From the NCBI GenBank assembly GCA_964412775.1, contig CAYPPX010000003.1, positions 3,021 to 67,020 on the forward strand: a stretch of DNA of 64,000 nucleotides, given 5' to 3'. Positions 56,090-64,000 of the stretch are shown here, one piece after another. Under the pieces are notes generated by a model. That model ran no database searches. It had not been told where the DNA came from and saw nothing but the letters and a program-made list of their open reading frames with translations. The DNA comes from an uncultured Pseudomonadales bacterium. Its GTDB lineage: Bacteria; Patescibacteriota; Microgenomatia; UBA1400; PJMF01. Position 1 is the stretch's first letter; each line of letters starts with the position of its first letter. The translations under genes were made by a program, and so were the position numbers.

Positions 56090-57082
56090 CTAGCTGAATG
56101 AGCTAATCTCTTCCCTGGTTAATTCCATCAGAGCTTCACTTTTATCAGTTGGAGCAATTAAACCATCCAGATTAAGACCAGCTAAAGCTCGTTCAAAAAA
56201 AGCTAGATTTAATAATTGTAGCTCAAGCTCATTTTGTGGCAGATTATCTAAGATATATTTTTTCCAAGTAGAGCGTTGAGTTAGTAAAGTTGCTAAACTA
56301 ACTTCACTATTAGCTAAATCATATTGATACCAATGAAAACCAAAGACAGCATCATAAAAAGGTTGTCTCCAAGACCAATAAAGATTAGAAAGCAAAACTA
56401 TTTCATTACCAACAGGATGTAAATCACGAGCAGAGAAGTGACCATGCATAAACTGCCAGTCAACATTTACTAACTTATCACACAGTTTTTTTAATCCCTG
56501 GTTAATTAATGTTAAATCTGTTTTCTTTTTTAAGGGATGATTTGGTTGAAGTTCACTACTAATCTTTTGCCATTTAGTAAAGTTATGAGTGGTTTGGTTA
56601 GCCAAAGACTCAGCCGGTTTTTCTAACCAAGGCTGAGTTAAACATTTATTTTTATATTCTTGATATAACTCAAAAAACTTGTCTAACTCACTAGTTTTGG
56701 CTGGTACGCTAACTACCTTTTCCCGGCTGACATCTTCCATAATGAAAGCTTCAAACTTTAACTCTTCATTCCAAAGTAAATTAAAGTAAATGTGTGGTGG
56801 TCTAATGATCTGACTTTTATTTTGTTTATTAAAAGCTTTAATCATTTCCATTTCACTAGCGGCAGGTTTAACCCCTTGAATTTTCAAGATAGCAGTCTGA
56901 CCCTGATATTGACCAAGATAGTGAATGGCACCAATTTGTTTAGAGTTCCACCAACTGCTTCGTTGAATTAATTTTTCTATTTTAAAACCAGTCTGGGTAG
57001 CAATTAAGTTTAAAATTTTTTCTAGACGATCAGCTAAATTAGAGTTAGCAAAATAAAATTCAGAGACAAAGTTTTGTTTCAT
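56090..57082 (-). CDS. protein-kinase-like fold phosphotransferase (APH/CotS-like, putative)
   Basis: Catalytic-loop-like ARDLHPVGNEIVL (compare HGDLHPGN / HRDLKPEN), downstream YDAVFGF (DFG-like), N-lobe Lys region. 4-nt overlap with ruvB. Confidence 0.4.
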   Translation of the reverse strand: MKQNFVSEFYFANSNLADRLEKILNLIATQTGFKIEKLIQRSSWWNSKQIGAIHYLGQYQGQTAILKIQGVKPAASEMEMIKAFNKQNKSQIIRPPHIYFNLLWNEELKFEAFIMEDVSREKVVSVPAKTSELDKFFELYQEYKNKCLTQPWLEKPAESLANQTTHNFTKWQKISSELQPNHPLKKKTDLTLINQGLKKLCDKLVNVDWQFMHGHFSARDLHPVGNEIVLLSNLYWSWRQPFYDAVFGFHWYQYDLANSEVSLATLLTQRSTWKKYILDNLPQNELELQLLNLAFFERALAGLNLDGLIAPTDKSEALMELTREEISSFS

Positions 57083-58086
57083 TTTTCTGAATAATTAATA
57101 CCCAAGTGTTCATAAGCTTTTTTACTTACCACTCGACCTTTATTAGTCCGTTTTAAGAAACCGATTTGAATTAGATAGGGTTCAATTACTTCTTCAATCG
57201 TGCCAGGATCTTCATGAATGGTAGCGGCAATGGTACTTAAGCCCACTGGGCCACCATTATGTTTATCAATCATCTCGATGAGAAATTTACGATCATTATG
57301 ATCTAAGCCCAAGGCATCAATAGCAAACATATTAAGAGCTCTCTCGACTGATTCTGGAGTAACGTCTCCTCCATTTTCAATTTGTGAATAGTCACGGACT
57401 CGTTTGAAAAGTTTGAGAGCAATCCTAGGTGTGCCCCGGGATCTTTTAGCAATTGATAGTGCTGCTTGAGGATGCAGAGTGACGCTGAGTTTTTCAGCAC
57501 CATTTTGAATGATTTTTTGCAGACCTTCAGCTGGATAAAATTCAAGTCTTTGAATAAGGCCGAACCGATCACGGAAAGGTCCAGCCAATAAACCAAATCT
57601 GGTGGTAGCCCCGACCAAAGTAAACTTGGGCAAATCAATTCTGACAGTTCTGGCTGATGGACCTTTACCAATCACAATATCCAAGGCGTAGTCTTCCATG
57701 GCTGGATAAAGAGTTTCTTCAACAGCTTTGGATAAACGATGAATTTCATCAATAAACAAAATATCCCCATCTTCCAAGTTAGTCAAAATGGCAGCTAGAT
57801 CACCAGTTTTAGTAAGAGCTGTACCAGAAGTAATTTTGATATTTACACCCATCTCACGAGCAATAATGTGTGACAAAGTAGTTTTACCTAGACCAGGTGG
57901 GCCATAAAGTAGAATATGGTCCATGGTTTCGTGGCGTTGTTTGGCGGCTTCGATGGCAATTTGCAATGATTTTTTAGTGGTATCTTGGCCAAAAAACTCG
58001 GCCCAATCCTGAGCTCTTAGGGAAGTAAAAAGAATTTCTTCCTCGACATTGGTTGGCTCGTTTTGTAAGATTGATGGTTCGATCAT
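57079..58086 (-). CDS. ruvB: Holliday junction branch-migration ATPase RuvB
   Basis: LLYGPPGLGKTTL Walker A, DEIHRL Walker B, sensor motifs, C-terminal winged helix. Confidence 0.95.
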   Translation of the reverse strand: MIEPSILQNEPTNVEEEILFTSLRAQDWAEFFGQDTTKKSLQIAIEAAKQRHETMDHILLYGPPGLGKTTLSHIIAREMGVNIKITSGTALTKTGDLAAILTNLEDGDILFIDEIHRLSKAVEETLYPAMEDYALDIVIGKGPSARTVRIDLPKFTLVGATTRFGLLAGPFRDRFGLIQRLEFYPAEGLQKIIQNGAEKLSVTLHPQAALSIAKRSRGTPRIALKLFKRVRDYSQIENGGDVTPESVERALNMFAIDALGLDHNDRKFLIEMIDKHNGGPVGLSTIAATIHEDPGTIEEVIEPYLIQIGFLKRTNKGRVVSKKAYEHLGINYSEK

Positions 58087-58093
58087 AAGTTAG

Positions 58094-58663
58094 TTATTTT
58101 TTTGATAGTTGTTTAACTGCTGCTTTTAAGACTTTTTCAACTGATTGTTTAGTATCTAAAGTTTTTAAAACTTCATGCACATGTGTTTCAGCAAAGCCAA
58201 GACCAAGCAAACCATCCACTACATCCTGTTCGGTTTGTGATAAGGGACTGAGATCAAGCTCTTTGAGGCCACCTAGTTTGGATTTGAGTTCAATGATGAT
58301 TTTTTGAGCAAGTTTTTTACCAACTCGAGGGATAGAACTAAAGAAACTCACATCAGCATTTTGGACAGCTGTAACTAGTCTTTCAGCACCAGCGTCAATG
58401 ATAGCAATAGCGGTCTTGGGGCCTACTCCTGAAACTGATAAAATTAGTTCGAATAATGATAAATCCTTTTGGCTTTGAAAACCAAAAAGTTTCAAGGCAT
58501 CTTCTTTAACGTGAGTATAAATAAACAGGTTTACTTGGTCATTATCTTGAAGTCTTAAAAACAAAGTTGGACCAAGTTCAACTTGATAGCCTACTCCACC
58601 GCTAGTATGAACTAGAATTTGATGTGTTAGTTTTTGAACTTTACCTGAAAGAAACCCGATCAT
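58094..58663 (-). CDS. ruvA: Holliday junction DNA helicase subunit RuvA
   Basis: N-terminal OB domain (MIGFLSGKV...GVGYQV), HhH pairs (VSGVGPKTA), C-terminal domain III. Confidence 0.85.
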   Translation of the reverse strand: MIGFLSGKVQKLTHQILVHTSGGVGYQVELGPTLFLRLQDNDQVNLFIYTHVKEDALKLFGFQSQKDLSLFELILSVSGVGPKTAIAIIDAGAERLVTAVQNADVSFFSSIPRVGKKLAQKIIIELKSKLGGLKELDLSPLSQTEQDVVDGLLGLGFAETHVHEVLKTLDTKQSVEKVLKAAVKQLSKK

Positions 58664-58686
58664 GATAGGTTATTTGTATCACGTTT

Positions 58687-59187
58687 TTAGAGAGCCAACA
58701 ACTTGCGTTGTGCTTGATAAGTCATCATGACTGCCAAAGCATCCAAAGCATCATCAATAATTTTCTCTTTTCCCAGATTCAATTGTAGTCTGACCATTTT
58801 TTCGATACTTTTTTTATCAGCTCGTCCATAACCGGTAACTGCTTGTTTAATTTGCAGTGGAGTAAATTCGTGGAGTGCCAAGTTTTCGCTGAAACAGGTA
58901 CTAAGGATCACTCCTCTAGCTTCACTGACTTTGAGTGCAGTTTTCTGGTTTTTAAAGAAAAATAAAGATTCAATGACGGCTATTTGAGGTCGGTGGGTTT
59001 TAATGATTTGTTTGAGTTGTTGTTGTAAAAGTTTATAGCGTTCAAAGAGAGCCAAATCTTTGGGGGTTTGAATACAGCCTTGATGCAAGTTACTCCAGTT
59101 TTGGCCATTAGTAGTACCAATGCCCCAGCCCAACCGATCATATCCAGGGTCAATACCAAGAATAGTAATAGGTGCTGTTTTAGTCAT
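58687..59187 (-). CDS. ruvC: crossover junction endodeoxyribonuclease RuvC
   Basis: ILGIDPGYDRLGWGI (catalytic Asp), RNase H-like fold, and a C-terminal acidic residue. Confidence 0.85.
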   Translation of the reverse strand: MTKTAPITILGIDPGYDRLGWGIGTTNGQNWSNLHQGCIQTPKDLALFERYKLLQQQLKQIIKTHRPQIAVIESLFFFKNQKTALKVSEARGVILSTCFSENLALHEFTPLQIKQAVTGYGRADKKSIEKMVRLQLNLGKEKIIDDALDALAVMMTYQAQRKLLAL

Positions 59188-60406
59188 GTTTGAATGGGTC
59201 CCAAGTTTTTAGTGGAGCTTTTTCTTGATTGATAACTTCTAGTAAAGTTTCAAAGATAATTTGAGCAGATTTTGACCAAGAAAAGTCTCTAACATGTTTA
59301 AGCATTTTTCTTTTTAAGATTTTTTGACGAAGCTTGGGTAAGCGCCAAACTTCCAATAAAGTAGTGGCTATTTTAGTTGGATCGGTGGCTGGTACTTTAA
59401 AACCAACTTCGCCCACAGCTTCTGGCAGACTACTATTATTAGCAACAATTGCTGGTGTGCCAACAGAGAGTGATTCCAATGGTGGAATGCCAAAGCCTTC
59501 ATATAGACCAATTAAGCATGAGGCTTTGGCTTGTTCATAAAGTGGTTTTTTCAGAGAATTGTCCACAAAACCAGTCAGAATTATTTGTTCTTTAATTGGT
59601 GATTTTTTGATGCGTTGCAACACACTATCCGCTAACCAACCTGTTTTACCAGCAATAACTAATTGAGGTAACTCTGTCTCTATGGTTTTGGCTTGAGCAG
59701 ATTTTACTTGAGAAGCAGCTAATTTATGATTAAAAATTTCAAAAGCCTCGATTAATATTTCTAGGTTTTTGCGAGGTTGGATGGTGCCTAAATATAAAAA
59801 GTAATTTTTTAGTTTTAAATTATTTTTTTTGACAAAACTTTTCCAACGGAGTTTTGAGTATTGGTTATCTAGTGAAAAAGCTGGATAAGCTACCTTAATT
59901 TTTTTAGCATCAATGCTATATTTTTTGGTAATTTCTTGTTTTGAAAAATTACTAATGGTAATGACTCTTTTAGCTGATTTAACACTATATTTTGTCCAGT
60001 GTTTTAATTGAAATAGATCCATACTAGTAAATTGATCAGGAAACTCTAAGAAGGCCAGATCCATCACCGTACTAACATATGGAATGGGTGAAAATCTTGG
60101 GGCGTAATGACCAGGAGTATAAAAGAGATCATAGTTACCAATATTTTTGAATAAATGAATGGGTAAGGCCCACTGAGTCCAGAATTTTTTAGGACCAATT
60201 ACTTGATAACGCCAGTTAACGTTTTCAGCTGGTAAGTCGTTAACAGGTGGTGTTGATAGTAGGATTGTCCACTTAAGATGTGGCTTAGTCTTCGTCAGTT
60301 CGTAAAACTGTAATAAGATTTCATAAGCATAGACATTACTACCGACTCTATTGAGAACATTGGCTTCATTACCATCAAGAGCAAAATGTAAGAGTTGGTT
60401 ATTCAT
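59180..60406 (-). CDS. family 4 glycosyltransferase (GT-B)
   Basis: LYEGFGIPPLESLSVGTPAIVAN motif. Confidence 0.75.
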   Translation of the reverse strand: MNNQLLHFALDGNEANVLNRVGSNVYAYEILLQFYELTKTKPHLKWTILLSTPPVNDLPAENVNWRYQVIGPKKFWTQWALPIHLFKNIGNYDLFYTPGHYAPRFSPIPYVSTVMDLAFLEFPDQFTSMDLFQLKHWTKYSVKSAKRVITISNFSKQEITKKYSIDAKKIKVAYPAFSLDNQYSKLRWKSFVKKNNLKLKNYFLYLGTIQPRKNLEILIEAFEIFNHKLAASQVKSAQAKTIETELPQLVIAGKTGWLADSVLQRIKKSPIKEQIILTGFVDNSLKKPLYEQAKASCLIGLYEGFGIPPLESLSVGTPAIVANNSSLPEAVGEVGFKVPATDPTKIATTLLEVWRLPKLRQKILKRKMLKHVRDFSWSKSAQIIFETLLEVINQEKAPLKTWDPFKHD

Positions 60407-61535
60407 AGTTAGTAATTGCCTTTTTGTAGACTTCCAGGGTTTGTTCTGCGACTAAGTGCCAACTAAACATATGCATCCGAATAATCATTCGTTGCAGGCG
60501 TTGTTGTTGGGCCATAGTATCTTCTTGCAGGATTGTTTCAATACCTTGAGTAATGCTGGCAACATCTGCTGGGTCAACAAGTTCTGCTGCATTTCCAGCA
60601 ACTTCAATTAAAGCAGACACATTAGAAGTAACTACAGGTGTACCATGATAAAAAGCCTCAAGAATTGGTAAGCCAAAGCCTTCATCCAAACTTGGATAAA
60701 CAAATGCTTCGGCTTCAGCATAAAGTACATTTAAGACTTGATCAGAAACTTTACCTAAGAATCTCAATTGATCATCTTGAACTTGTTCACTACCATCCCA
60801 GCCACTTTCACCAACAATAATTAAATCCAAGTTATTTTTCAGTGGTTGCCAGGCTTCGATTAAACGTTGGAGGTTTTTACGTGGTTCACGAGTACCAACG
60901 AAAAGTAAATACGGTCGGTTCAAGCTATATTGTTGTTTGATTTTTTCAGCTAGCTCTTCTGAAAGCAACTCATTAATCATCCTAATTTCGCGAGGAAGGG
61001 CCTCTGGAATAACATGAATTTTATAGGCTGGAATATCCAATAATCTGACAATATCTTTTTTGGTAGCTTGAGAAACAGCGATAATTTCAGCTTGTCTTTC
61101 TTTCAGAATTTTCCAAGATTCTTGATGAGCTCTTAGAACCTTGGGGTGAGCAACTTCTGGATATTTGAGGATAGCTAAATCATGAATAGTGGAAACGAGA
61201 GGAATGTTTTTATCAGGTGGTTGTAACCAATCCCAACTATGGAAGACATCAAGGTTTTTGATGGTTTTATTGACAGGGTTTAAACCCAGTTTCCATAAAA
61301 GTTGCAATACTGAGGGGGGGTAGGATTGGAATGCTAGTTCCACTTTATCAGTAGCTAAAGTTTGGGTAACTAGTTCCTGAGCTTGATCAATTAGCTCTTG
61401 TTTTTGTCTAAAAGAAGAGCCATAGAGAGCCAAATTAGCATTCGTGTTTTCCAACAAACTACGAACTAAGTTTTTGGTGTAGCGAGAAACACCCCGATGA
61501 TAAATAGCTGATGTAAAGTCGATGCCGATTTTCAT
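60399..61535 (-). CDS. family 4 glycosyltransferase (GT-B)
   Basis: YPSLDEGFGLPILEAFYHGTPVVTS motif. Confidence 0.75.
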   Translation of the reverse strand: MKIGIDFTSAIYHRGVSRYTKNLVRSLLENTNANLALYGSSFRQKQELIDQAQELVTQTLATDKVELAFQSYPPSVLQLLWKLGLNPVNKTIKNLDVFHSWDWLQPPDKNIPLVSTIHDLAILKYPEVAHPKVLRAHQESWKILKERQAEIIAVSQATKKDIVRLLDIPAYKIHVIPEALPREIRMINELLSEELAEKIKQQYSLNRPYLLFVGTREPRKNLQRLIEAWQPLKNNLDLIIVGESGWDGSEQVQDDQLRFLGKVSDQVLNVLYAEAEAFVYPSLDEGFGLPILEAFYHGTPVVTSNVSALIEVAGNAAELVDPADVASITQGIETILQEDTMAQQQRLQRMIIRMHMFSWHLVAEQTLEVYKKAITNYE

Positions 61536-61570
61536 GAATTATGCCTTTATTATTGCTTATTTCTTGGTTT

Positions 61571-63064
61571 TTAAAAAGATGATAGTCCTAGAGCATTGTG
61601 TTCGCGAGTATAAATTCTTACAAAACCAATACCTGGATAGTCAATTACCCCACGACCAACAAACCCAAAATCCGTTAGTGTTGTGATAATTTTATCTTCT
61701 GGATCAGTCAGAGTTCTCAGATAGTCAAAAACTAAAACATATTTTTTATCGAAGGCAGGTTTTAAAGTTTCAGTGAGGTTTTCAACGTCATTAATATGTC
61801 TATTTCCGGTGACTAGTGTTGGATACTCAGGTTCATACCAACGCCATGGAGCAAAAGATTCATCAAATGACATGATAATAAGTGATTCACTTCGAGGAAA
61901 AGTCTCAATAATTTGTTGCTTTAAACTTCGCCAATTTTCTCTTTGGAGGGTGGTATCTTGCCAGTAGCTAACTATTCCCCAGAGATTAATGAATAACAAG
62001 GTAAAAATTAGGTTCTGAGCAAGTTTATGTTTATTTTTTTGCATGAGTTGACTAGCAAAAAAGATAAAAAAGATCGGGAGTAAAAATAACAATCTTTTGG
62101 GTTGAACAACTGGCACAGCAAAGGAAATTAACCATGAAGTTAGCAGTGGAGTGACTAGTAAAATTAGTAATTGAAAATTGGGGTGATAATTTTTAGCCAG
62201 TTTTGGGAGTTGAGAAAGATTTTTTAAGAGATTTTTCCACAGCAATTTTGGTGAAACCCAAAATAGTTTTACACAAAAAAATCCGATCATTATTAGTGAA
62301 AAAACAAATGGCCAAGTTAGCTCAATATTTAGCACACCAAAAATAAATTTAAGTGGAACTAAGGCAAGAGCTTTGAGTTGTGGAATACTCACCACTGTTT
62401 CCCACCCTGGAATTTCGGTGCGTAAATTTTGGCCAGCTTGGAGCTGACGTAAAAACATTGGTAACCAGGGTAAGAAAGCTATAGCAATGGGTAATGTTAC
62501 TTGGAGGAGTTTTTGCCAGGTATTTTTTTGCCAGATAAGCAATAAATGGGTTAAAAGTAAAAATGGATAAAGGTAGGAGGAATAAAGACCGGCGACCGAA
62601 AGTAAAAAGAATTGCCAAGTTTTGAATGGTCGGTTAAAAATAACCAAAGTAGCTAGTAGTCCCCACATGGCAGGTAGACTATATGGTCTTAGTTCTTGTG
62701 AATAAAAAATATGAAATGATGAGGTGGCGAGCAGTAAGCTAGACCAGAAAGCTACTTTTTCTGAATAAAGTTTTTTGGCTAGTTGATAACTAGCCCAAAT
62801 CGTCATTAGTCCTGGTAGCAACGCTCCCCAAAATCTTAACCACCACTCTTGATGAGAAAAATATTGGGCAAAGTGAACAAGGTAGTGTAATAAAGGAGGT
62901 TGAAAGTCTGGAACGATATCCAGTTGTTGAGAGAAAGGTCTAGTACTCTCTAATGCTTGGGCAGCTTCGTCTAACCAGAAAGAGCCAGTTAGTAATGGTA
63001 AACGTAAAACTAAAGCAAATAATAAAATTAAATAAAGTGGATTTTTTAAGAATTTCTTCACCAT
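61571..63064 (-). CDS. GT-C fold membrane glycosyltransferase (GT39/GT83, ArnT/PMT-like)
   Basis: TM1 followed by a periplasmic loop with the DE motif (GSFWLDEAAQ). About 11 TM helices. C-terminal soluble domain. Confidence 0.55.
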   Translation of the reverse strand: MVKKFLKNPLYLILLFALVLRLPLLTGSFWLDEAAQALESTRPFSQQLDIVPDFQPPLLHYLVHFAQYFSHQEWWLRFWGALLPGLMTIWASYQLAKKLYSEKVAFWSSLLLATSSFHIFYSQELRPYSLPAMWGLLATLVIFNRPFKTWQFFLLSVAGLYSSYLYPFLLLTHLLLIWQKNTWQKLLQVTLPIAIAFLPWLPMFLRQLQAGQNLRTEIPGWETVVSIPQLKALALVPLKFIFGVLNIELTWPFVFSLIMIGFFCVKLFWVSPKLLWKNLLKNLSQLPKLAKNYHPNFQLLILLVTPLLTSWLISFAVPVVQPKRLLFLLPIFFIFFASQLMQKNKHKLAQNLIFTLLFINLWGIVSYWQDTTLQRENWRSLKQQIIETFPRSESLIIMSFDESFAPWRWYEPEYPTLVTGNRHINDVENLTETLKPAFDKKYVLVFDYLRTLTDPEDKIITTLTDFGFVGRGVIDYPGIGFVRIYTREHNALGLSSF

Positions 63065-63100
63065 CCCATCATAACCTGAGTTTTTCTGGTAGTGAAGTAA

Positions 63101-63131
63101 AAAAATCCCCCGCCTGAGCGAGGGATTTCGT
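63101..63131 (-). terminator. rho-independent terminator (minus strand)
   Basis: Minus-strand AAATCCCTCGC-tcag-GCGGGGGATTTTTT, immediately 3' of the 63144 gene. Confidence 0.6.
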
Positions 63132-63143
63132 TAATTGCTGGTT

Positions 63144-63518
63144 TTACCAGCTGAAGTTAAAGTTGAAAGCTTCAACACCAGCTGCCAGCAAGATGGCTAG
63201 AAGTGCCCAGGACAATGCGTAGCGCAGGACATAGAGTCCTAGGATTAACAGTCCTCGACCTTTGCTTTTTTCGAAAGAAAGGTAGAGGCCAGCTCCCATG
63301 ACAAAAAGTCCGACGATGGTCTGGATTATTTCGTAACCTTGAAAAGCGACGGCGGAGAGAATCCCCAGCGCCACCAAAAACAAGATTCGAAAACCAGCAT
63401 CCAGACGTGGCTGCATCCATTGGTAAATCTTGGTGAGGTTGTACACCCACAAGAAAATGGTGAGTCCGAGCACAAGAATCGTGATAACGATCCCTGCCAA
63501 TAGCAACAGAATATCCAT
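63144..63518 (-). CDS. small polytopic membrane protein (4 TM), hypothetical; GC-rich island
   Basis: Preferred start is MDILLLLAG with SD AAAGGAGG six nt upstream; the ORF track extends it to 63566. GC about 50-55% against about 35% background. Confidence 0.45.
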   Translation of the reverse strand: MDILLLLAGIVITILVLGLTIFLWVYNLTKIYQWMQPRLDAGFRILFLVALGILSAVAFQGYEIIQTIVGLFVMGAGLYLSFEKSKGRGLLILGLYVLRYALSWALLAILLAAGVEAFNFNFSW

Positions 63519-63547
63519 TCGTTGCCTCCTTTTAGTTTGGTCTCTAG

Positions 63548-63799
63548 TTACCTTATTTGAGCGCATGGCTCATCAAGATAGCCAGGTTTCCAAACTAGTT
63601 GATTAAACTTTTTAAAGAACTTCACTCCCCACAGCCAGTAGCCGGGGAAGAAAAATGATATGCCGAAGGTAAATCCCATTACGATAATGTCTCCATTCCC
63701 AGGTAAGACTCTGAGATTGTTACGGATGGCTTGATGTACTGACAGTATGGTCAATACAACCATCAGCAAGTATGCCACAATACTTGCAGTCGGATTCAT
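63548..63799 (-). CDS. small membrane protein (2 TM), hypothetical; GC-rich island
   Basis: Preferred start is MNPTASIVAYLLMVV with SD AAAGGAGGG seven nt upstream; the track ORF extends to 63880. Same GC-rich segment. Confidence 0.45.
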   Translation of the reverse strand: MNPTASIVAYLLMVVLTILSVHQAIRNNLRVLPGNGDIIVMGFTFGISFFFPGYWLWGVKFFKKFNQLVWKPGYLDEPCAQIR

Positions 63800-64000
63800 T
63801 GGTTGAACCCTCCTTTGAGTTTGATTTTCAGCCATCACTAAGTTGAGCGCGAAGCTCATGGGTGATGGATGAGGTTTCAAACTCAGATGTTAAAGAACTA
63901 GCTAATTTTGATCGAGTTATTATAACAGATTATCCTGATATAATCAATTTTTATAGGATAATTAGTTTTTGGATTAATTTGGTTTTTTACCGACAAACTC

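Noticed and set aside
63139-63998. Possible att-like direct repeats flanking the GC-rich island (TGGTTTTACCAGC at 63140 and TGGTTTTTTACCGAC at 63981)
   Set aside because: The match is short and imperfect, and the first copy is internally palindromic and lies inside a coding region. This is insufficient to claim integration-site repeats.
1-64000. CRISPR array or cas genes
   Set aside because: There is no non-coding stretch over 250 nt with regularly spaced direct repeats, and no Cas-like proteins among the translations.

Overview
The window is a densely coded, low-GC (about 35%) bacterial segment with short intergenic spacers and many 4-nt overlaps between genes. TGA is used as a stop codon, so the standard genetic code applies. 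Gene content suggests a small-genome, Patescibacteria/CPR-like organism; this is inference only. The main contents are: (i) a five-tRNA cluster plus three isolated tRNAs; (ii) a cell-wall/division (dcw) cluster split into two arms on opposite strands, mraZ-rsmH-ftsL-ftsI on the minus strand and murB-murA-mraY-ftsW-murG-ftsQ-ftsA-ftsZ on the plus strand, separated by ileS, a second SEDS gene, the L21-L27 ribosomal pair and parB; (iii) two T-box-type leaders, a strong one upstream of glyQS and a weaker one upstream of ileS; (iv) a very large surface-glycan locus with about five GT4 and three GT2 glycosyltransferases, two GT-C-type membrane glycosyltransferases, two O-antigen-ligase-like proteins, a Wzx-like flippase, a PglC-like phosphoglycosyl transferase, a ManC-like nucleotidyltransferase and an acetyltransferase, interrupted by ruvC-ruvA-ruvB and a kinase-like gene; (v) a 1034-aa UvrD/PcrA-type helicase fused to a C-terminal RecB-family PD-(D/E)xK nuclease, translationally coupled to an AT-rich gene encoding a DNPH1-like (2'-deoxynucleoside 5'-phosphate N-hydrolase) domain fused to a C-terminal ribbon-helix-helix-like tail. 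This pair is the most unusual candidate system in the window; (vi) a roughly 0.8-kb GC-rich (about 50-55%) island at the 3' end carrying two small membrane-protein genes. No CRISPR array, rRNA, transposase or integrase was recognised. All functional calls come from motif-level reading of the ORF translations and carry no database support.
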